A stretch of 63,911 bases of DNA, counting the filler, from Octopus bimaculoides (taxonomy: Eukaryota), in assembly GCF_001194135.2 (NCBI RefSeq). It is 6 parts of 6 records of this genome, joined end to end, with 100 filler letters (N's around TTAATTAATTAA, not from the genome) between each part and the next. Parts side by side here need not be neighbours in the genome. Positions count along the whole stretch, not along the records: positions 1 to 27,056 come from NC_068981.1; 5 more parts are not named here. One strand, 5' to 3'. Position 1 is the first letter of the stretch; each line of letters begins with the position of its first letter. A program made the translations under genes and the position numbers. Below, one piece after another: positions 1 to 14,399 of the stretch. The notes beneath the pieces were generated by a model, which ran no database searches, had not been told where the DNA came from, and was given only the letters and a program-made list of their open reading frames with translations.

Positions 1-152
1 TATATCATACTCATCGTCATAGTTGTCATCATTGCATTCATCGTCATCATCATAATCCTCCTCTTTCACGTCATCATCACCATCACCTTCTTCTTCTTCT
101 TCTTCTTCTTCTTCTTCTTCTTCTTCTTCTGCTACTGCTACTGCTGCTACTG

Positions 153-186
<34 letters not shown>

Positions 187-295
187 AACTACTACTACTA
201 CTTTTTCTTCATCTTCGTTGTTGTCGCGGTAGTGGTCACCCTCCTCCTCATCAACATCATTGTCGTCGTCCTCTCCTTTTGGACGTCGTCGTCGA

Positions 296-332
<37 letters not shown>

Positions 333-448
333 ATCCTTATTCTCCTCTTCCTCGTCTCATCATAGTCAAATAGTTAATCATCTTCATGGTCATCGTGGTC
401 GTGGTTGTAGTAGTCGTCGTCGTCATTATCATCACCACCACCACCATC

Positions 449-482
<34 letters not shown>

Positions 483-743
483 TCATCCTAATCCTTATCC
501 TCCTCCTCCTCCTCCTCACCATCATCATCATCATCATCATAATCTTTATCCTCCTCCTCATCATCATCATCGTCATCATCATCATCCTAATCCTTATCCT
601 CCTCCTCTTGCTCATCTTCATCATCATCCTCGTCATCATCATCATCGTCGTCATCATCGTCATCATCATCATCATCCTCCATCATCAACTTCATCATCAT
701 TATCGTCATCATCGTCATCGTCGTCGTCGTCGTCATCGTCATC

Positions 744-776
<33 letters not shown>

Positions 777-960
777 TTCATCATCATCATCATCATCATC
801 GTCATCATCATCATCGTCGTCATCATCGTCATCATCATCATCATCCTCCATCATCAACCTCATCATCATCATCATCATCATCGTCATCATCGTCATCGTC
901 ATCGTCATCGTCACCATCATCATCATCGTCATCACCATCATCATTTCCACTAGCAGCACC
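1..960. repeat. Cryptic trinucleotide microsatellite field (ATC/GTC/CTT/CTA)
   Basis: Interleaved (ATC)n, (GTC)n, (CTT)n and (CTA)n runs; these explain the poly-M/H/I/D/S ORFs in the track. Confidence 0.95.
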
Positions 961-1404
961 ACGACTACCAGACAGACAGATAGACAGTCAGCAGGACGAT
1001 AATATCAGTGTTGTGACAGTGTGATCAGTAGCGTCTCCATAAAACGTCAAGACAATTAGGGGTCCTCTTGGATGCTGGTGATGGATGACTGTTGCAAGAG
1101 AGCTGGGAAGCCATCCACCTTATTCCCCACGTCACCTTACGCCCCTCAAAATACTTCTATCAGCATAGATCTGTGTATGCGTATGACATGTGTGTGCGTA
1201 AGTGTGTGATAGTGTATGCGTGTATATGTTTGTTGTTTGCGTGAGAAAGAGAAAATGCTCTTTCATATACTCATATATTCTCTTTCTCTGACTCTTTCTC
1301 TGACATTGTCTTTTGCTCTTTTTGATTTTTGCCTGTTTTATTGGATATGATTAGTATTACACTCTCCTCTCTCTAAATTTATGGTCCGTTATTTCTCCAT
1401 ATAT

Positions 1405-1411
1405 CTGTCTG

Positions 1412-1470
<59 letters not shown>

Positions 1471-1567
1471 GTCTGTCTGTCTATCTATCTGTCTATCTAT
1501 CTGTCTGTCTGTCTGTCTGTCTGTTAATACATCTATCTATCTCTCTATCTACTTGTCTATCTGTCTA

Positions 1568-1612
<45 letters not shown>

Positions 1613-1630
1613 TTATCTATCTGTCTGTCA
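1405..1630. repeat. (TCTA/TCTG)n and (CT)n microsatellites
   Basis: Direct reading of tandem tetra- and dinucleotide units. Confidence 0.95.
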
Positions 1631-1799
1631 ATGTATCTATCTATATTCATTTATGTATTTGGTGGTCCTACCTATATGTTTCTTTGTGTGTCTGTATGTA
1701 TGTCTCCCAGATTCTCTTTCAACCTAGTTTGATGTATATGTTTCGGTGTTTGTGGCTGTGTACGTGTGAACGTATGAGTGTGTGTGCTCGTATGTCTGT

Positions 1800-1845
<46 letters not shown>

Positions 1846-2589
1846 CTTTAATCCGACTGTGCGATGAAGGCGACATTGCCGAATGTTCGAAACTGTCAAC
1901 CTTTTCGTTGTAAAAAAAATAAAACAGAAACGCGCACATGTGTATGATTAAAGATCTCAGTTATATATTATCTGTAACACTAGAAGTCCAAATACAAGTA
2001 TCTCCTCGGACCTGTAAAATGGAAACCAAGTTTTTTCCAGCCGATGTCAAACATATACAGTAATCCAGCGCCATATCGTGGTACACCTATCGCGGTTTAT
2101 TATTTAAGATTACGTCGATTCCTCCCTGGCGTAGTTTTGCATTCATAATAAAATAAATATATACCATAAAAGTAGATATAAATATTATTAAATAATATCA
2201 ATTTCAACCATACTTAAGAAACGTTCGAGGACCGTGAATTCCCTCTAAATATAAACAATATGAGAGACCTCTATGTGGATTCCTTGTATGCTAAAAATAG
2301 ACGTCAAACCATCTTACCACGAAATCTGTGTTCTCAAATAAGGATAAGCAAATACACAGTACAGTACTGTTTCTACTTCGCGGATTTTCATCTACCGCGG
2401 GGTGTGGGTTTGGAAAATAATACCCGCAATAGTCGAGAGATTACTGTAGTAGTAACGTTTTGATGAGTTTATATTATCATAATTACTTACACACACATAC
2501 ACATGCACGCACACATATACATTACGCACGCGCATGCATGCGTGCGTGCGTAAGTTAAAAGCAAACGGATATTTATAGGTTTCCAAGAT

Positions 2590-2935
2590 TAGTATAAACT
2601 TGTCCGGTCATCTAAACTACCTGCTCATTTAATTAAGAGAGTGAGTAACCCCCTTCGGTAATGAATGATCCTACAATTGCACCTAGAAAGTTCTCCGAGG
2701 CAAAAGTCCGAAAAGGCTATTAATGAAAGACCAGCAGTCGCCTCACCCCCAATGTTACCCAAGGGAAAGGTAAAAACCGATACAGATTGGCACCAGTGAC
2801 GTCGTGACTCGTTTCTACAGCTGAGTTAACTGGGGCAACGTGAAATAAAGTGTCTGCTCAAGAACACAACACACAATCGAACTCACTACCTCGTGATTGT
2901 GAGCCCGACGCTCGAACCACTGAGCCATGCACTTT
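2590..2935 (-). mobile_element. tRNA-derived SINE with LINE-like tail
   Basis: Minus strand starts with a tRNA-like head (GCATGGCTCAGTGGTTCGAGCG...GAGTTCGAT: A/B-box-like), then a body and tail; a similar fragment lies near 4070-4210. Confidence 0.6.
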
Positions 2936-3274
2936 CGCTCATTTAACTAACGTGTAAATAATTAAGTATTCAAGAGGCATATATGTATCGTTAAAATAAT
3001 CATCAGCTTGAGTCAATGCCATACAACGATACAAAGTTATACACTTGAATTACATGTGTTACCAATCCAAGGGACCTCCCCACCTCAATCTTCAGTCGAC
3101 CGAGTCTATTGTTCAAGATGCTACGCACTAGGATCGAAACAGGAATTTCGTGATTACGAAGCGAACCATTTGGCTATCCTGCGTCCACACACGCACACAC
3201 ACAAAAATAATACATGTATATATGTATTATATGTATACATATACATACACATGCGTATAACTAGTTGTATAGAA

Positions 3275-3312
<38 letters not shown>

Positions 3313-3438
3313 NNNNNNNNNNNNNNNNNNNNNNNNNNNNNNNNNNNNNNNNNNNNNNNNNNNNNNNNNNNNNNNNNNNNNNNNNNNNNNNNNNNNNNNN
3401 NNNNNNNNNNNNNNNNNNNNNNNNNNNNNNNNNNNNNN

Positions 3439-3475
<37 letters not shown>

Positions 3476-3494
3476 AACACACAAACACAGGCGC

Positions 3495-3665
3495 ACATAT
3501 GTATGTACATGACGAGCTTCCCCATAGTTTCTATCAATCAAATTCACTCACAAGGTACTGATTAGCTCAAGACTATTGTAGAAACCACTTGCCCAAGATG
3601 CTGTGCAGTGGAACTGAACTCGGAGCCACGAGGTTGCAAAGAGGGCTTCTTAGCCACACAGCCCT
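3495..3665 (-). mobile_element. SINE family A, 5' half
   Basis: Shares the head/body of other copies (…GGCAAGTGGTTTCTACAATAGTC…GTGAGTGAATTTG…); abuts (TA)n and a gap. Confidence 0.7.
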
Positions 3666-4565
3666 AATCTATGCATATTTAAAGTTTAAACGCGATTAAA
3701 TTTCCACAAAATGAAAAGATGGCGAGAAATCCGAAAGGTTCTGAGAATGTCTCTGACTTGACGTTTGTTCAGATATTGCTGACAAAGTGTGTACTGATAG
3801 CAGCAACAGTAGATGTCACTCACAAGCGGGTAGGAATAACTTCCTTGCAGTACATTCAACGATTCGCATATTCTTTTTGGAAACCAAGGTAATCGCGAGC
3901 AGACATAAACGCATTCTTGGCCCTCTTGACTCTGGGGAACAGCGAGGATGTGACAGTTAGTGAGAGAGAGAGAAAAAAAAAAACAAAGAGAGAGAGAGAG
4001 AGAGAGTGAGAGAGAGCGAAATAGAAAGAATGAGAGAGGAGAGATATAGGCTGTACCACCATTGGGCTGGTTACACACTTCTATTAAGTAAACTGGAACA
4101 ACGTAGAATAAAGTGCTCAAGAAAAATACCAGTCTCCCAATCTAGGAATTGAACGTACAACCTTAAAATCGTGAGCTCAAAAACCTAACCACAAGGCTAC
4201 ACGCATTCGCTTAGCAACAAAAACAAAAAATATCAACTCACCAAAGTTCAATACCAAGTTTTACTTCCAAAGACTCACTCATCGCTTTCTGTTGCATCAT
4301 CACAAATATTAACATCGCACAGTGACTACGCACAGCCATAGAGTATATACTTTCAACAGAACAACCATTACAGATATCAGATTTCTGCTTTCATAGAATG
4401 TCGTTTGGCGTAATACTTGTCTCCTCGAATGATAGAATTTATAGTTGAGGGAACAATCTCCAGACCACTCTGTTCAGTTCCCGGTTTGATCTCAACTGGA
4501 CATATCACGTACAAGGACATCAATATGTGTATCTGTATATAAATACATACATATATGTGTGTGTG

Positions 4566-4612
<47 letters not shown>

Positions 4613-4704
4613 CATAGTATATAATATAAGTCTTTCTCATTTTCTTGCTTTTAAATCCTGTACTAATCCATTGTTCATCCAAGATTTCATCTCCTCCACC
4701 TCTT

Positions 4705-4863
4705 CAGGCGCAGGCGTGGCTGTGCGGTAAGAAGCTTGCTTCCAAACCACATGGTTCTCTGTTCAATCACACTACGTGCTACCTCGGGCAAATATCTTCT
4801 ATTATAACCTTAGGCTGACCAAAGCCGTGAGTGAATTTGGTAGACGGAAACTGAAAGAAGCCT
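4705..4863 (+). mobile_element. SINE family A, 5' half
   Basis: GCAGGCGTGGCTGTGCGGTAAGAAGCTTGCTTCC…GTTCAATC…GAATTTGGTAGACGGAAACTGAAAGAAGCC then a gap; matches copies at 15576-15722, 19670-19797 and 30274-30440. Confidence 0.8.
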
Positions 4864-5472
4864 NNNNNNNNNNNNNNNNNNNNNNNNNNNNNNNNNNNNN
4901 NNNNNNNNNNNNNNNNNNNNNNNNNNNNNNNNNNNNNNNNNNNNNNNNNNNNNNNNNNNNNNNNNNNNNNNNNNNNNNNNNNNNNNNNNNNNNNNNNNNN
5001 NNNNNNNNNNNNNNNNNNNNNNNNNNNNNNNNNNNNNNNNNNNNNNNNNNNNNNNNNNNNNNNNNNNNNNNNNNNNNNNNNNNNNNNNNNNNNNNNNNNN
5101 NNNNNNNNNNNNNNNNNNNNNNNNNNNNNNNNNNNNNNNNNNNNNNNNNNNNNNNNNNNNNNNNNNNNNAAAAACGAAAACAGAAAACGAACTTTTTTCG
5201 AACAACGAAAACAACAAACAGAGAAACGAGACATGCAACATAAAGAGTATACCCCTTCGTCAGTTGTCCCTGTTCCATCTACTCCGCGTTTCGAAAGCAA
5301 GGACAATACGCCAACTTCGTTGGAACAGTCCTTCCCGCAAAGCAAATTTTTAAAAATTTGGAATATTTTGCGGAGGGTGAAAGGGTTAACAAGAACAGGA
5401 CAGTGAGAACAAGACAGTAAAAACATGCTGCCTTCACTTCAGCTTACAAGCTACTAAGTTTTCAGCAGTCTT

Positions 5473-5760
5473 TCAAGTGCTTAGGACCCCACTGATAATC
5501 CTTGCTGTCCCTAGGAGACAAACTTTCTGTAGGAGTTCTACTGGCGCACCAATTATTATAGGCACGACCTTGACAGTTTGCATGCTCCAAATTCTTCCTA
5601 TTTCAAAGTTTAGGGGATTTTTTCTTCTTTGTTTTTCTACCTCTTTCTTTACTATCCTGGAATCAAATGGGCATGATGGGTCGATAGGTAAGCAACTTTG
5701 CTTTTCCTTATTTATGATTGTAATATCTGGTCTATTGCTTTCTAATTCCTTGTCCGACTC
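5473..5760 (-). mobile_element. R4/Dong-like non-LTR retrotransposon, C-terminal restriction-like endonuclease fragment
   Basis: Stop-free frame by my translation: ESDKELESNRPDITIINKEKQSCLPIDPSCPFDSRIVKKEVEK…EIGRIWSMQTVKVVPIIIGA…LQKVCLLGTARIISGVLST*. It carries the RPD…D…P.D..+..K+.EK and PIIIGA/LLGTARI motifs of R4-clade RLE domains. Confidence 0.8.
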
Positions 5761-5869
5761 GGGGAGAAAAAAAAAACAGGTAAGTTGATTGCGTTTTCCC
5801 CATCAACATGGAGAAAGCGTAACAAAACACGGTGACGCTCACATGTAAGAGAGCGGGAGAGAGTGAGGA

Positions 5870-7190
5870 GCGTCACCAAACGACAGTAATAGAGAGGGTA
5901 CTAGAGTGGCAAACGAGACACAGGCGACAGCTGTATTTTTGTTGAAAATATTTTCGCGAAAGATCTCTTAAAGGGTCTTTGAAAAAACAACGGCTTTGTT
6001 TTCGACAGCATTGCTCGGAATAAAAACAGCGATTTCGAAAATGTAAACAATGAAAATCCTTTCGTGAGCGAAGCGACGGACGATGCGAGTACAAGTAACA
6101 ACGACAACAGCAACAGCAGAAACAACAAGAACAACAGCAACAACATCAGCAACTACAACAACAATAGCAGAGGCGACAACAACAAGAACAACGATAGAAA
6201 CAACGATAGAATGGCGAAACAAGCCGGTGCAACGGCTTGGAAGAGCTCTAAACTTTCCTTCGCTGGATTTACCAAGATATCTCTTAAGAGAATACAATTC
6301 TCTGAAGAGGAACTTTAAAATGCCAGACAGCTTGTCGAGAGAGACGGGCTAGCTGTAAAGCTAAATACTCCCTTGAGGCTATTCAAAATATGATATGTCG
6401 CACAGTAAAGTACCGAACAATCGGATTAAGATCGAGGAGGGTAGAAAGAGCTACAGACTCTCAAATACAGAAAAGCTCTAGGTTCCGTTTGGAATCTAGA
6501 GGAATATATACAGAGAGGAAGGGGCTATAGGAGCAGGGAGATGAGATTCTACACTCAAGAGGAAGAGGCTAAGACTCACTCACTGAATCCCCTCAAAAGC
6601 AAGGAACTCTTGTTGGTTCCTTTCTACTGCGCCTAAAGAATGGCCAAAATCATCATTCAACAAGTGCTGTCGTAAATAGCCATGCCTTGGCTAATTGCTG
6701 CAGTAACGACAGGCATCGAGGAAAACGGGAAAATCCTCGAAGTCTTTCAGACCAAAAAGGAGAACTGGTCCGGGATGACGATAGACCTCATCATCGAAGC
6801 TACCCAAAAGAATATGAATCTCATCCTGGACCTATCCTTCTTCCTGGAAGGAAAGCAAAGAGTAACATTTGCTTTTCGACTAGTCATTTAAAAGCCTTCT
6901 GCCCTAGATTGAAGGAAAAAGAGAAACAAGCAGCTCTCCTTCCTATACCAACAACAGCCACCAGAACTCGAGCGACAGCAGCAGCTGTATCATTACTACC
7001 AACATTAGAGTCAGTCGGGGCAGCACCAACACTACCAATTATACCGACACCGAGTTTCCCCCCAAACACTTCTCAATGCCTGAAGATGTTCCACTTCCCG
7101 ATGCGGAGCGGGTGGACATCACAGGTGGAGAAACGGACCGTGATGAGGAGTGAAAGTTGCAAACAAAAAACTCAAAAGAGATAGAAAGAA
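5870..7190 (+). mobile_element. L1/Tx1-like LINE ORF1 relic
   Basis: Fragmented ORFs (6064-6318 Asn-rich N-terminus; 6687-7184 with a decayed knuckle-like NICFSTSHLKAFCP) directly upstream of an APE endonuclease. Confidence 0.55.
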
Positions 7191-7574
7191 AATTAGACAT
7201 TTCGACAAGCAACAATCCTCGTTCACAATAGAAGTAGGAAGAAAAAAAATCAAACCAACAAAAACAAATACACCCAAACAAACACTACATCGAAAGCACC
7301 ACCTCTAATACTTGAAACACAAGCCACCTCGCACACACACACACAACCACAACAATCAGAAATTAAAGAGACTAGCATCACAAACTACATGGCAATAAGC
7401 ACAAAAAGAAATGAATTAATGAATTACATAATAAAACACACAAACATTACACCAGAAGATTTTGTCACACCCACAATCTCTCTATCTGCATACATACAAA
7501 TAATTCAAACAATACAAAACACGTGCACACGCTTAAAAATCTAACTCCCACAGGAAATCGGAGATTTTCGTGGG

Positions 7575-8275
7575 AATATCACCAAGAGAATCCTTGGTGA
7601 TGTACGTAGCCTGAGGTCGCCTTGGAAGGGGGTTCACCTGCTCAACGACCTCAGAGCACTGAATTTCAACGTCTTGACCATTAGTGAAACCAGAATTTTT
7701 AACTCACGGGACTTTCAACTCATTTTCGGTGACTATGAGGTGTACGTATCTCGAAGTTGTCCGAGAGCGGGAGGCGGAGTCAACGTGATGGTTCGGAACA
7801 ATTTGGATCTTGCTATACGGACGCTCTTCCTGGATCCAGAAGGTAAGTGGACGTGACAGGCAACGAAGGATACTTTCAGGCTAGTGCTGTCTGTGCCCCG
7901 GCAGGGGCAGGACGACCAGATTTCTTCAGACGTCTGAAAATTTCCCTGGGAACGTCTCGCTCTTTGTTAGTAGGGGATTGGAATGGAGTTTTAGATGTAA
8001 GGTGGGATTGTGTAGGTTTAGTAGATAAGAGAAGTGGGCGCAAAAGCCTCGCAAACTTACTCAGATGATTCCAACTGACTGACAGGTATCGACTGGATTT
8101 CCCTGATGTGCCAGTGTGGACCTTGTCAAACCGCATCGTGTCATCCAGATTGTATCAAAATAGGGTATTTTGTAGAGTAGCAGATACGGATAGCATAGAT
8201 TGTCCACAATTTAAAGTAGTCGACTACACAGACAACAAATTCGTAATCTGTACAGTCGACCTAGATAACCTGGTC
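7575..8275 (+). mobile_element. L1/Tx1-like LINE ORF2 APE endonuclease, degenerate
   Basis: VLTISETR, GGGVNVMVR, LLVGDWNGVLD, DRYRLDFPDVPVWT and DYTDNKFV motifs spread across frameshifted ORFs 7674-7856, 7847-8068 and 8108-8377. Confidence 0.85.
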
Positions 8276-8635
8276 CTCTGTATTTGTCTTAGTGTCCACA
8301 TCTCTTGCAAACTGACGGTACATTTTCTTTCTCTTCTATGCTTTTTTTTTTTTTTCTTTTGCTTATTTCTTGTGTAAATTCTTCTTTCGTTACACAATTT
8401 TCAGTTTTGATGACACCGGAGTTCTTCCTGTATTTCAACAGTGGCTACACGGCATTTTTTACATACCACCCTAAGCTGTTTTCCTCCNNNNNNNNNNNNN
8501 NNNNNNNNNNNNNNNNNNNNNNNNNNNNNNNNNNNNNNNNNNNNNNNNNNNNNNNNNNNNNNNNNNNNNNNNNNNNNNNNNNNNNNNNNNNNNNNNNNNN
8601 NNNNNNNNNNNNNNNNNNNNNNNNNNNNNNNNNNT

Positions 8636-8638
8636 CAG

Positions 8639-8673
<35 letters not shown>

Positions 8674-8680
8674 GCATCAG

Positions 8681-8721
<41 letters not shown>

Positions 8722-8755
8722 TAAGCATCATCATCATCATCATCATCAGCATAAG

Positions 8756-8845
<90 letters not shown>

Positions 8846-8860
8846 CATCATCATCAACAT
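8636..8860. repeat. (CAT)n/(CAG)n/(TAT)n microsatellite
   Basis: Direct reading. Confidence 0.95.
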
Positions 8861-9206
8861 TCTGTTATATTTTTTTCTTAATACTGTAATAAACTTTCAT
8901 CGGGAACTCCAGTTTGTAAGATCGGTTGCCACACGGCCTCGTCACCACAAGACATCAGTGGTGTTAATTACCATACACGGACGCATGAACAAGTCAATGT
9001 AAATATAAACATAGATTAAGCACATCTGCATTGCACGCACTAAATATACATGTAAATACGTGTCGCTCTGCTCTGCTTACACAACCAAGCATTAGGGAAA
9101 GAGTAAGCACACCCACCTGACATAGGTAGATACACTCGAGCATAGATTTACGTACATACATTTGAACACGTAAAGACAGCTATTCACACATACACATATA
9201 AGCACA

Positions 9207-9278
<72 letters not shown>

Positions 9279-9477
9279 CTCGTGTGTGTGTTGTGTGACA
9301 AATCATACATAAAAACAACACATATACATACACGTTTATATATGCATATATACAAACTGATATACATACATATGCATATGTGCACACATACATAAATGCA
9401 TGCATGCCTAAATGGCTGAACGCATAGATGCGTACATAAATACATGAGTATACACATAGTGATGCGCGCGCGCGCAC

Positions 9478-9524
<47 letters not shown>

Positions 9525-9814
9525 GATATACAGGCATACATGAAAATAAACATACATACAAACATATGCCCCTATATAAATTCAACCATACATACATACA
9601 CACATACATACACATATGCATACACACATACATACACACATACATACACACATACATACATACATACATACATACATACATACACATACATACATACATA
9701 CATACATGCATGTGCACACTGAGGCACACTCAGTTGTAATAGATGGTCATATTCACACCAACGCGCATGCGGTGAAACCTACAATTAGGATATTATTAGA
9801 TTTTCGCTGCGGCC

Positions 9815-10098
9815 ATTAATCTTCTTCATCATTATAATCATTACAAGCAGCATTATCATCATCGTCATCACCATCGTCATCGTCATCATCATCACCACCA
9901 TCACCATCGTCATCATCGTCATCGTTATCGCCGCCGTCGTCATTGTTTTTATCATCATCATCATCATCAACGCCTTCGTCGTTATCATCATCATCATCAC
10001 GAGCATCGACAGGAGAATCAGGATGAACGCGAAGGTCATCGTTTCCGTTGTTGTCATCATCATTGTCATCATAAGCAACTTCACATGCGATGCATCAT

Positions 10099-10130
<32 letters not shown>

Positions 10131-10181
10131 ACAACATCATCAACAACATCATCATTGTGCACCACCGTCACCACCACCACC

Positions 10182-10213
<32 letters not shown>

Positions 10214-10276
10214 CACCATATTCCTCTTCCTAATCATTACCATCATCATTATCGTAGGAACTATTGTTATCGTCAT

Positions 10277-10307
<31 letters not shown>

Positions 10308-11130
10308 AGCAGCGGCAGCGGCAGTGTTATCATTGCTCGTTATCATTACATCTACGACCACTGGCGTTGCCATCGTCACTATCGTCATCACCAATCATAT
10401 TCTGTATCTTTAGTTCCATCAATATCATCATCACAANNNNNNNNNNNNNNNNNNNNNNNNNNNNNNNNNNNNNNNNNNNNNNNNNNNNNNNNNNNNNNNN
10501 NNNNNNNNNNNNNNNNNNNNNNNNNNNNNNNNNNNNNNNNNNNNNNNNNNNNNNNNNNNNNNNNNNNNNNNNNNNNNNNNNNNNNNNNNNNNNNNNNNNN
10601 NNNNNNNNNNNNNNNNNNNNNNNNNNNNNNNNNNNNNNNNNNNNNNNNNNNNNNNNNNNNNNNNNNNNNNNNNNNNNNNNNNNNNNNNNNNNNNNNNNNN
10701 NNNNNNNNNNNNNNNNNNNNNNNNNNNNNNNNNNNNNNNNNNNNNNNNNNNNNNNNNNNNNNNNNNNNNNNNNNNNNNNNNNNNNNNNNNNNNNNNNNNN
10801 NNNNNNNNNNNNNNNNNNNNNNNNNNNNNNNNNNNNNNNNNNNNNNNNNNNNNNNNNNNNNNNNNNNNNNNNNNNNNNNNNNNNNNNNNNNNNNNNNNNN
10901 NNNNNNNNNNNNNNNNNNNNNNNNNNNNNNNNNNNNNNNNNNNNNNNNNNNNNNNNNNNNNNNNNNNNNNNNNNNNNNNNNNNNNNNNNNNNNNNNNNNN
11001 NNNNNNNNNNNNNNNNNNNNNNACGCACACCCTCACACTCACACTCACACTCACACTCACGATCATCTTCAGCACCAACCCAGATATCTCGAACATCAAC
11101 AACAACAACCCCAGCCATGACAACAATAGT

Positions 11131-11178
<48 letters not shown>

Positions 11179-11200
11179 ATATTACAGCATTTATTACAAT
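9815..11200. repeat. Cryptic trinucleotide field (ATC/ACC/AAC/CAG/CTA) spanning an N gap
   Basis: Direct reading; gap at about 10437-11022. Confidence 0.9.
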
Positions 11201-11531
11201 AATTACTATGATTAGAAATGCTAAATATATCTCTCTTTAACGTCACACTCTTGCTTGTCTTCTCATTCTCGCCCTTCATTCCTCTGCCCGTTTCAATCTG
11301 TCTTTCTTCCCCCCCGCATCTCATCACCCATCCTGTAACATTATTCTTTTCTTTGGTTCCTTCTCACTCTTTCTCTCACCTCCCAACTTCTCTCCTCGAC
11401 TCCTGTTTGTCTGTTGCCTCTCAGGCAGTGTATGCATACGTACATACATGCATACATACATGCATACATACATACATACATACATACATGCATGCATATA
11501 TACATACATACATACATACAGACAGACAGAC

Positions 11532-11584
<53 letters not shown>

Positions 11585-11619
11585 TGTGTGTATGTATATA
11601 TGTATGTATTGGCCGAGTA

Positions 11620-11830
11620 TACAAGCATTGTTGTAGCGGACATTTTAAATTTAGTTTTTTTTTTTTTTGGTAAGGTTTTACGATAACAATGCCTCCCACA
11701 TTTCCGTTTGACAACCGATGTTGGTGTGTTTACATCTCCGTAACTTAGCGCTTCGGCAAAATAGACCGAGAGAGTAAGTTGTAACAGATAGGTCCTGTGG
11801 TCGATTTGTTTGACTAAAACCCTACAACAC
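11620..11830 (+). mobile_element. SINE family A, 3' half
   Basis: TTGACAACCGATGTTGGTGTGTTTACATCTCCGTAACTTAGCG…GGTCGATTTGTTTGACTAAA, downstream of (CATA)n(GATA)n arrays. Confidence 0.7.
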
Positions 11831-12400
11831 TTCTTTTCAATAGAATTCCTGAAACTTGAACTCTTGAACTCCACCCCAAACCTACATAGGCAAAACACAT
11901 ATAAGAGAATGATCCTAAACTAAAATTCCACTAGGCACTAAAACATGGGTACAAACTGTTAACAAATTGTTTTCTCTTGGACTCCCGAAACCTGTTATTT
12001 TGTAAATCACTCACTGTAACAAAAATATTAAACGTTTCTCTAAAATATACTTCAACAAGACAGAGACGAGAGACTGACAAAGGGAGGTAAGTTCCCCGCG
12101 TGCATAGTCGGATCGAACGATTTCAGATTTTGATGCATAGCATCTTAATCCTCGTCATCAACTCTTAACGCCTAGGGTTAAACTCAACTACTTCTGTCAG
12201 TCTGTTTGACTCGATTAGAGTATTGAAGCCATACTTTAGGTGGTTCTAGTTACTACAATATACTCACACACAACTCGTCACAAATACAAACTCATACACA
12301 TAACATGTATATATGTGAGACTGTGTGTGTGTGTGCGTGTGTGCGTGCGCGCATGTGTGTGTGTATATAAATATATGAGTATATGTATATATTATACATA

Positions 12401-12623
12401 TACGATGTGGTGCTGGAAGGTTTCTGGCTTTTTAAGGATGTCGCGAAAGGCCTGGCTGGAGGCCCAGCCTTCGGGGTGCTTTCACAGGGCTTAGTAAAAT
12501 TGAAGGACCGCTTTAATAAGAGTGTCAATCTGAGAGGGGAATATGCTGAATAAAATCATAATTAACAGATCCTCCTGTATATTCTCTTACCCCAAACCAG
12601 AAAACTTTGAGTCCCCCATCTTG
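12401..12623 (+). mobile_element. Tc1/mariner-derived MITE with degenerate TIRs
   Basis: Left TACGATGTGGTGCTGGAAGGTTTCTGGC is approximately the reverse complement of right CCAGAAAACTTTGAGTCCCCCATCTTG; internal AGTGTCAATCTGAGAGGGGAATATGCTGAATAAAA resembles a mariner transposase 3' end. Confidence 0.55.
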
Positions 12624-12637
12624 TGTGTGTGTGTGTG

Positions 12638-12675
<38 letters not shown>

Positions 12676-13022
12676 AGCATATATATATATATATACATAT
12701 ATATTCTTATGCAGCTGAAGATTGCTCTGCATTTTGCATTTAATGTAATGCTCGCATTACTTAAATAAATGGAGTAGCATGAAACGTGCGTACTGAAATA
12801 ACCTTTAAAATCCCTGTTGTTTTTTTGATCTTATATATATATATATATNNNNNNNNNNNNNNNNNNNNNNNNNNNNNNNNNNNNNNNNNNNNNNNNNNNN
12901 NNNNNNNNNNNNNNNNNNNNNNNNNNNNNNNNNNNNNNNNNNNNNNNNNNNNNNNNNNNNNNNNNNNNNNNNNNNNNNNNNNNNNNNNNNNNNNNNNNNN
13001 NNNNNNNNNNNNNNNNNNNNNN

Positions 13023-13093
<71 letters not shown>

Positions 13094-14034
13094 ATTTCTC
13101 TCTCCTTCCCAACTGTGTCTCAAAGGTACAATTATTGACAACAACTTTCTTCCAGAAACATTGATCACTCCCAGTATTGTCAGACAACGTTACCGTCTTT
13201 GTCAATCTTTCTCTCTTAACATTGATGGAGGCCACGGCGTAACTGACTGGATAAAGAGAGCAGATAAAGCTCAACTGTCTTCACAGAAAGCCAGCGGAGG
13301 ATGAGGTGAAACATCCCAGGACGAGGTGACAACAGTTATTTTTGTGGCATTGATACCTTACACATTGTTCACTCCCACACTCTGACACTATCCCTGTGCA
13401 CTTCTTAAACCCCCCTCTCTCTCTCACTATCCCCTTCTCTCTCCCTCACTATCTCTGTCCTCTCTCTCTCTCTCTCTCTTTCTCGTGGTCTCAGACAATA
13501 TTTCTTTTTCTCTCACTTTAAACAACCACTATTTTATTTCTAGCATTTTAAACAAATAAACGCATACGTACTCTTATTGATATACACCAATTTATATACA
13601 AACAATCATAAACGCATATATACGAACACACATATATATATGCACATACAGATGTACACTCATGCATGCATACATAAATATATACGTACATGCATGCATG
13701 CATACACATAAATACACATGCACTCGTACTGCTATATACAAACCATTGACACTCAAATGACATTGTCACGTGTGAAGAACGACAAGCAAAATTGAAACAT
13801 TAGCCGCCGATTTCCATCCGTTTGTAACACTTGGCATCTTCATTGCTGTCATGTGATTATCAACTCTGCTCCTTTTCATGCTAAATTCCCACTTTCCCTC
13901 CCTTCTCTTCTTCCACCTACCAGCCCTGTAGCCCCTTAACAACCATGTCTCAGTAATTCATCTCTCCTCTGCATTTTGTATGATACTTCATCAGCTCTTC
14001 ATCACATGCCTGTTTTGTTGGTGTTCTCTTGGTG

Positions 14035-14175
<141 letters not shown>

Positions 14176-14399
14176 TCTAGTTTTGTTTCTTATTTTGTAA
14201 CAACCCTTTAATTAGAGGAGACTTTGTTTAACTTATTTCACTGACAGGACGAAAAGCCAATGTTGCAGAGAATCTATGTAGGTACTTAAATAGCTGGACG
14301 AAGTATCCATGTCTCTCTCATATCAGACCGGTTTTTTTTCCCCAAGAAGGACTGAACACATTTGGTTATAAAAATGCAGCAAAAGCATATCTTTATCTG

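Noticed and set aside
337-1024. Long poly-His/Met/Ile/Asp ORFs (also 8441-8881, 9785-11327, 13976-14211)
   Set aside because: These are reading frames of trinucleotide microsatellites open on both strands, with no domain and no splice context.
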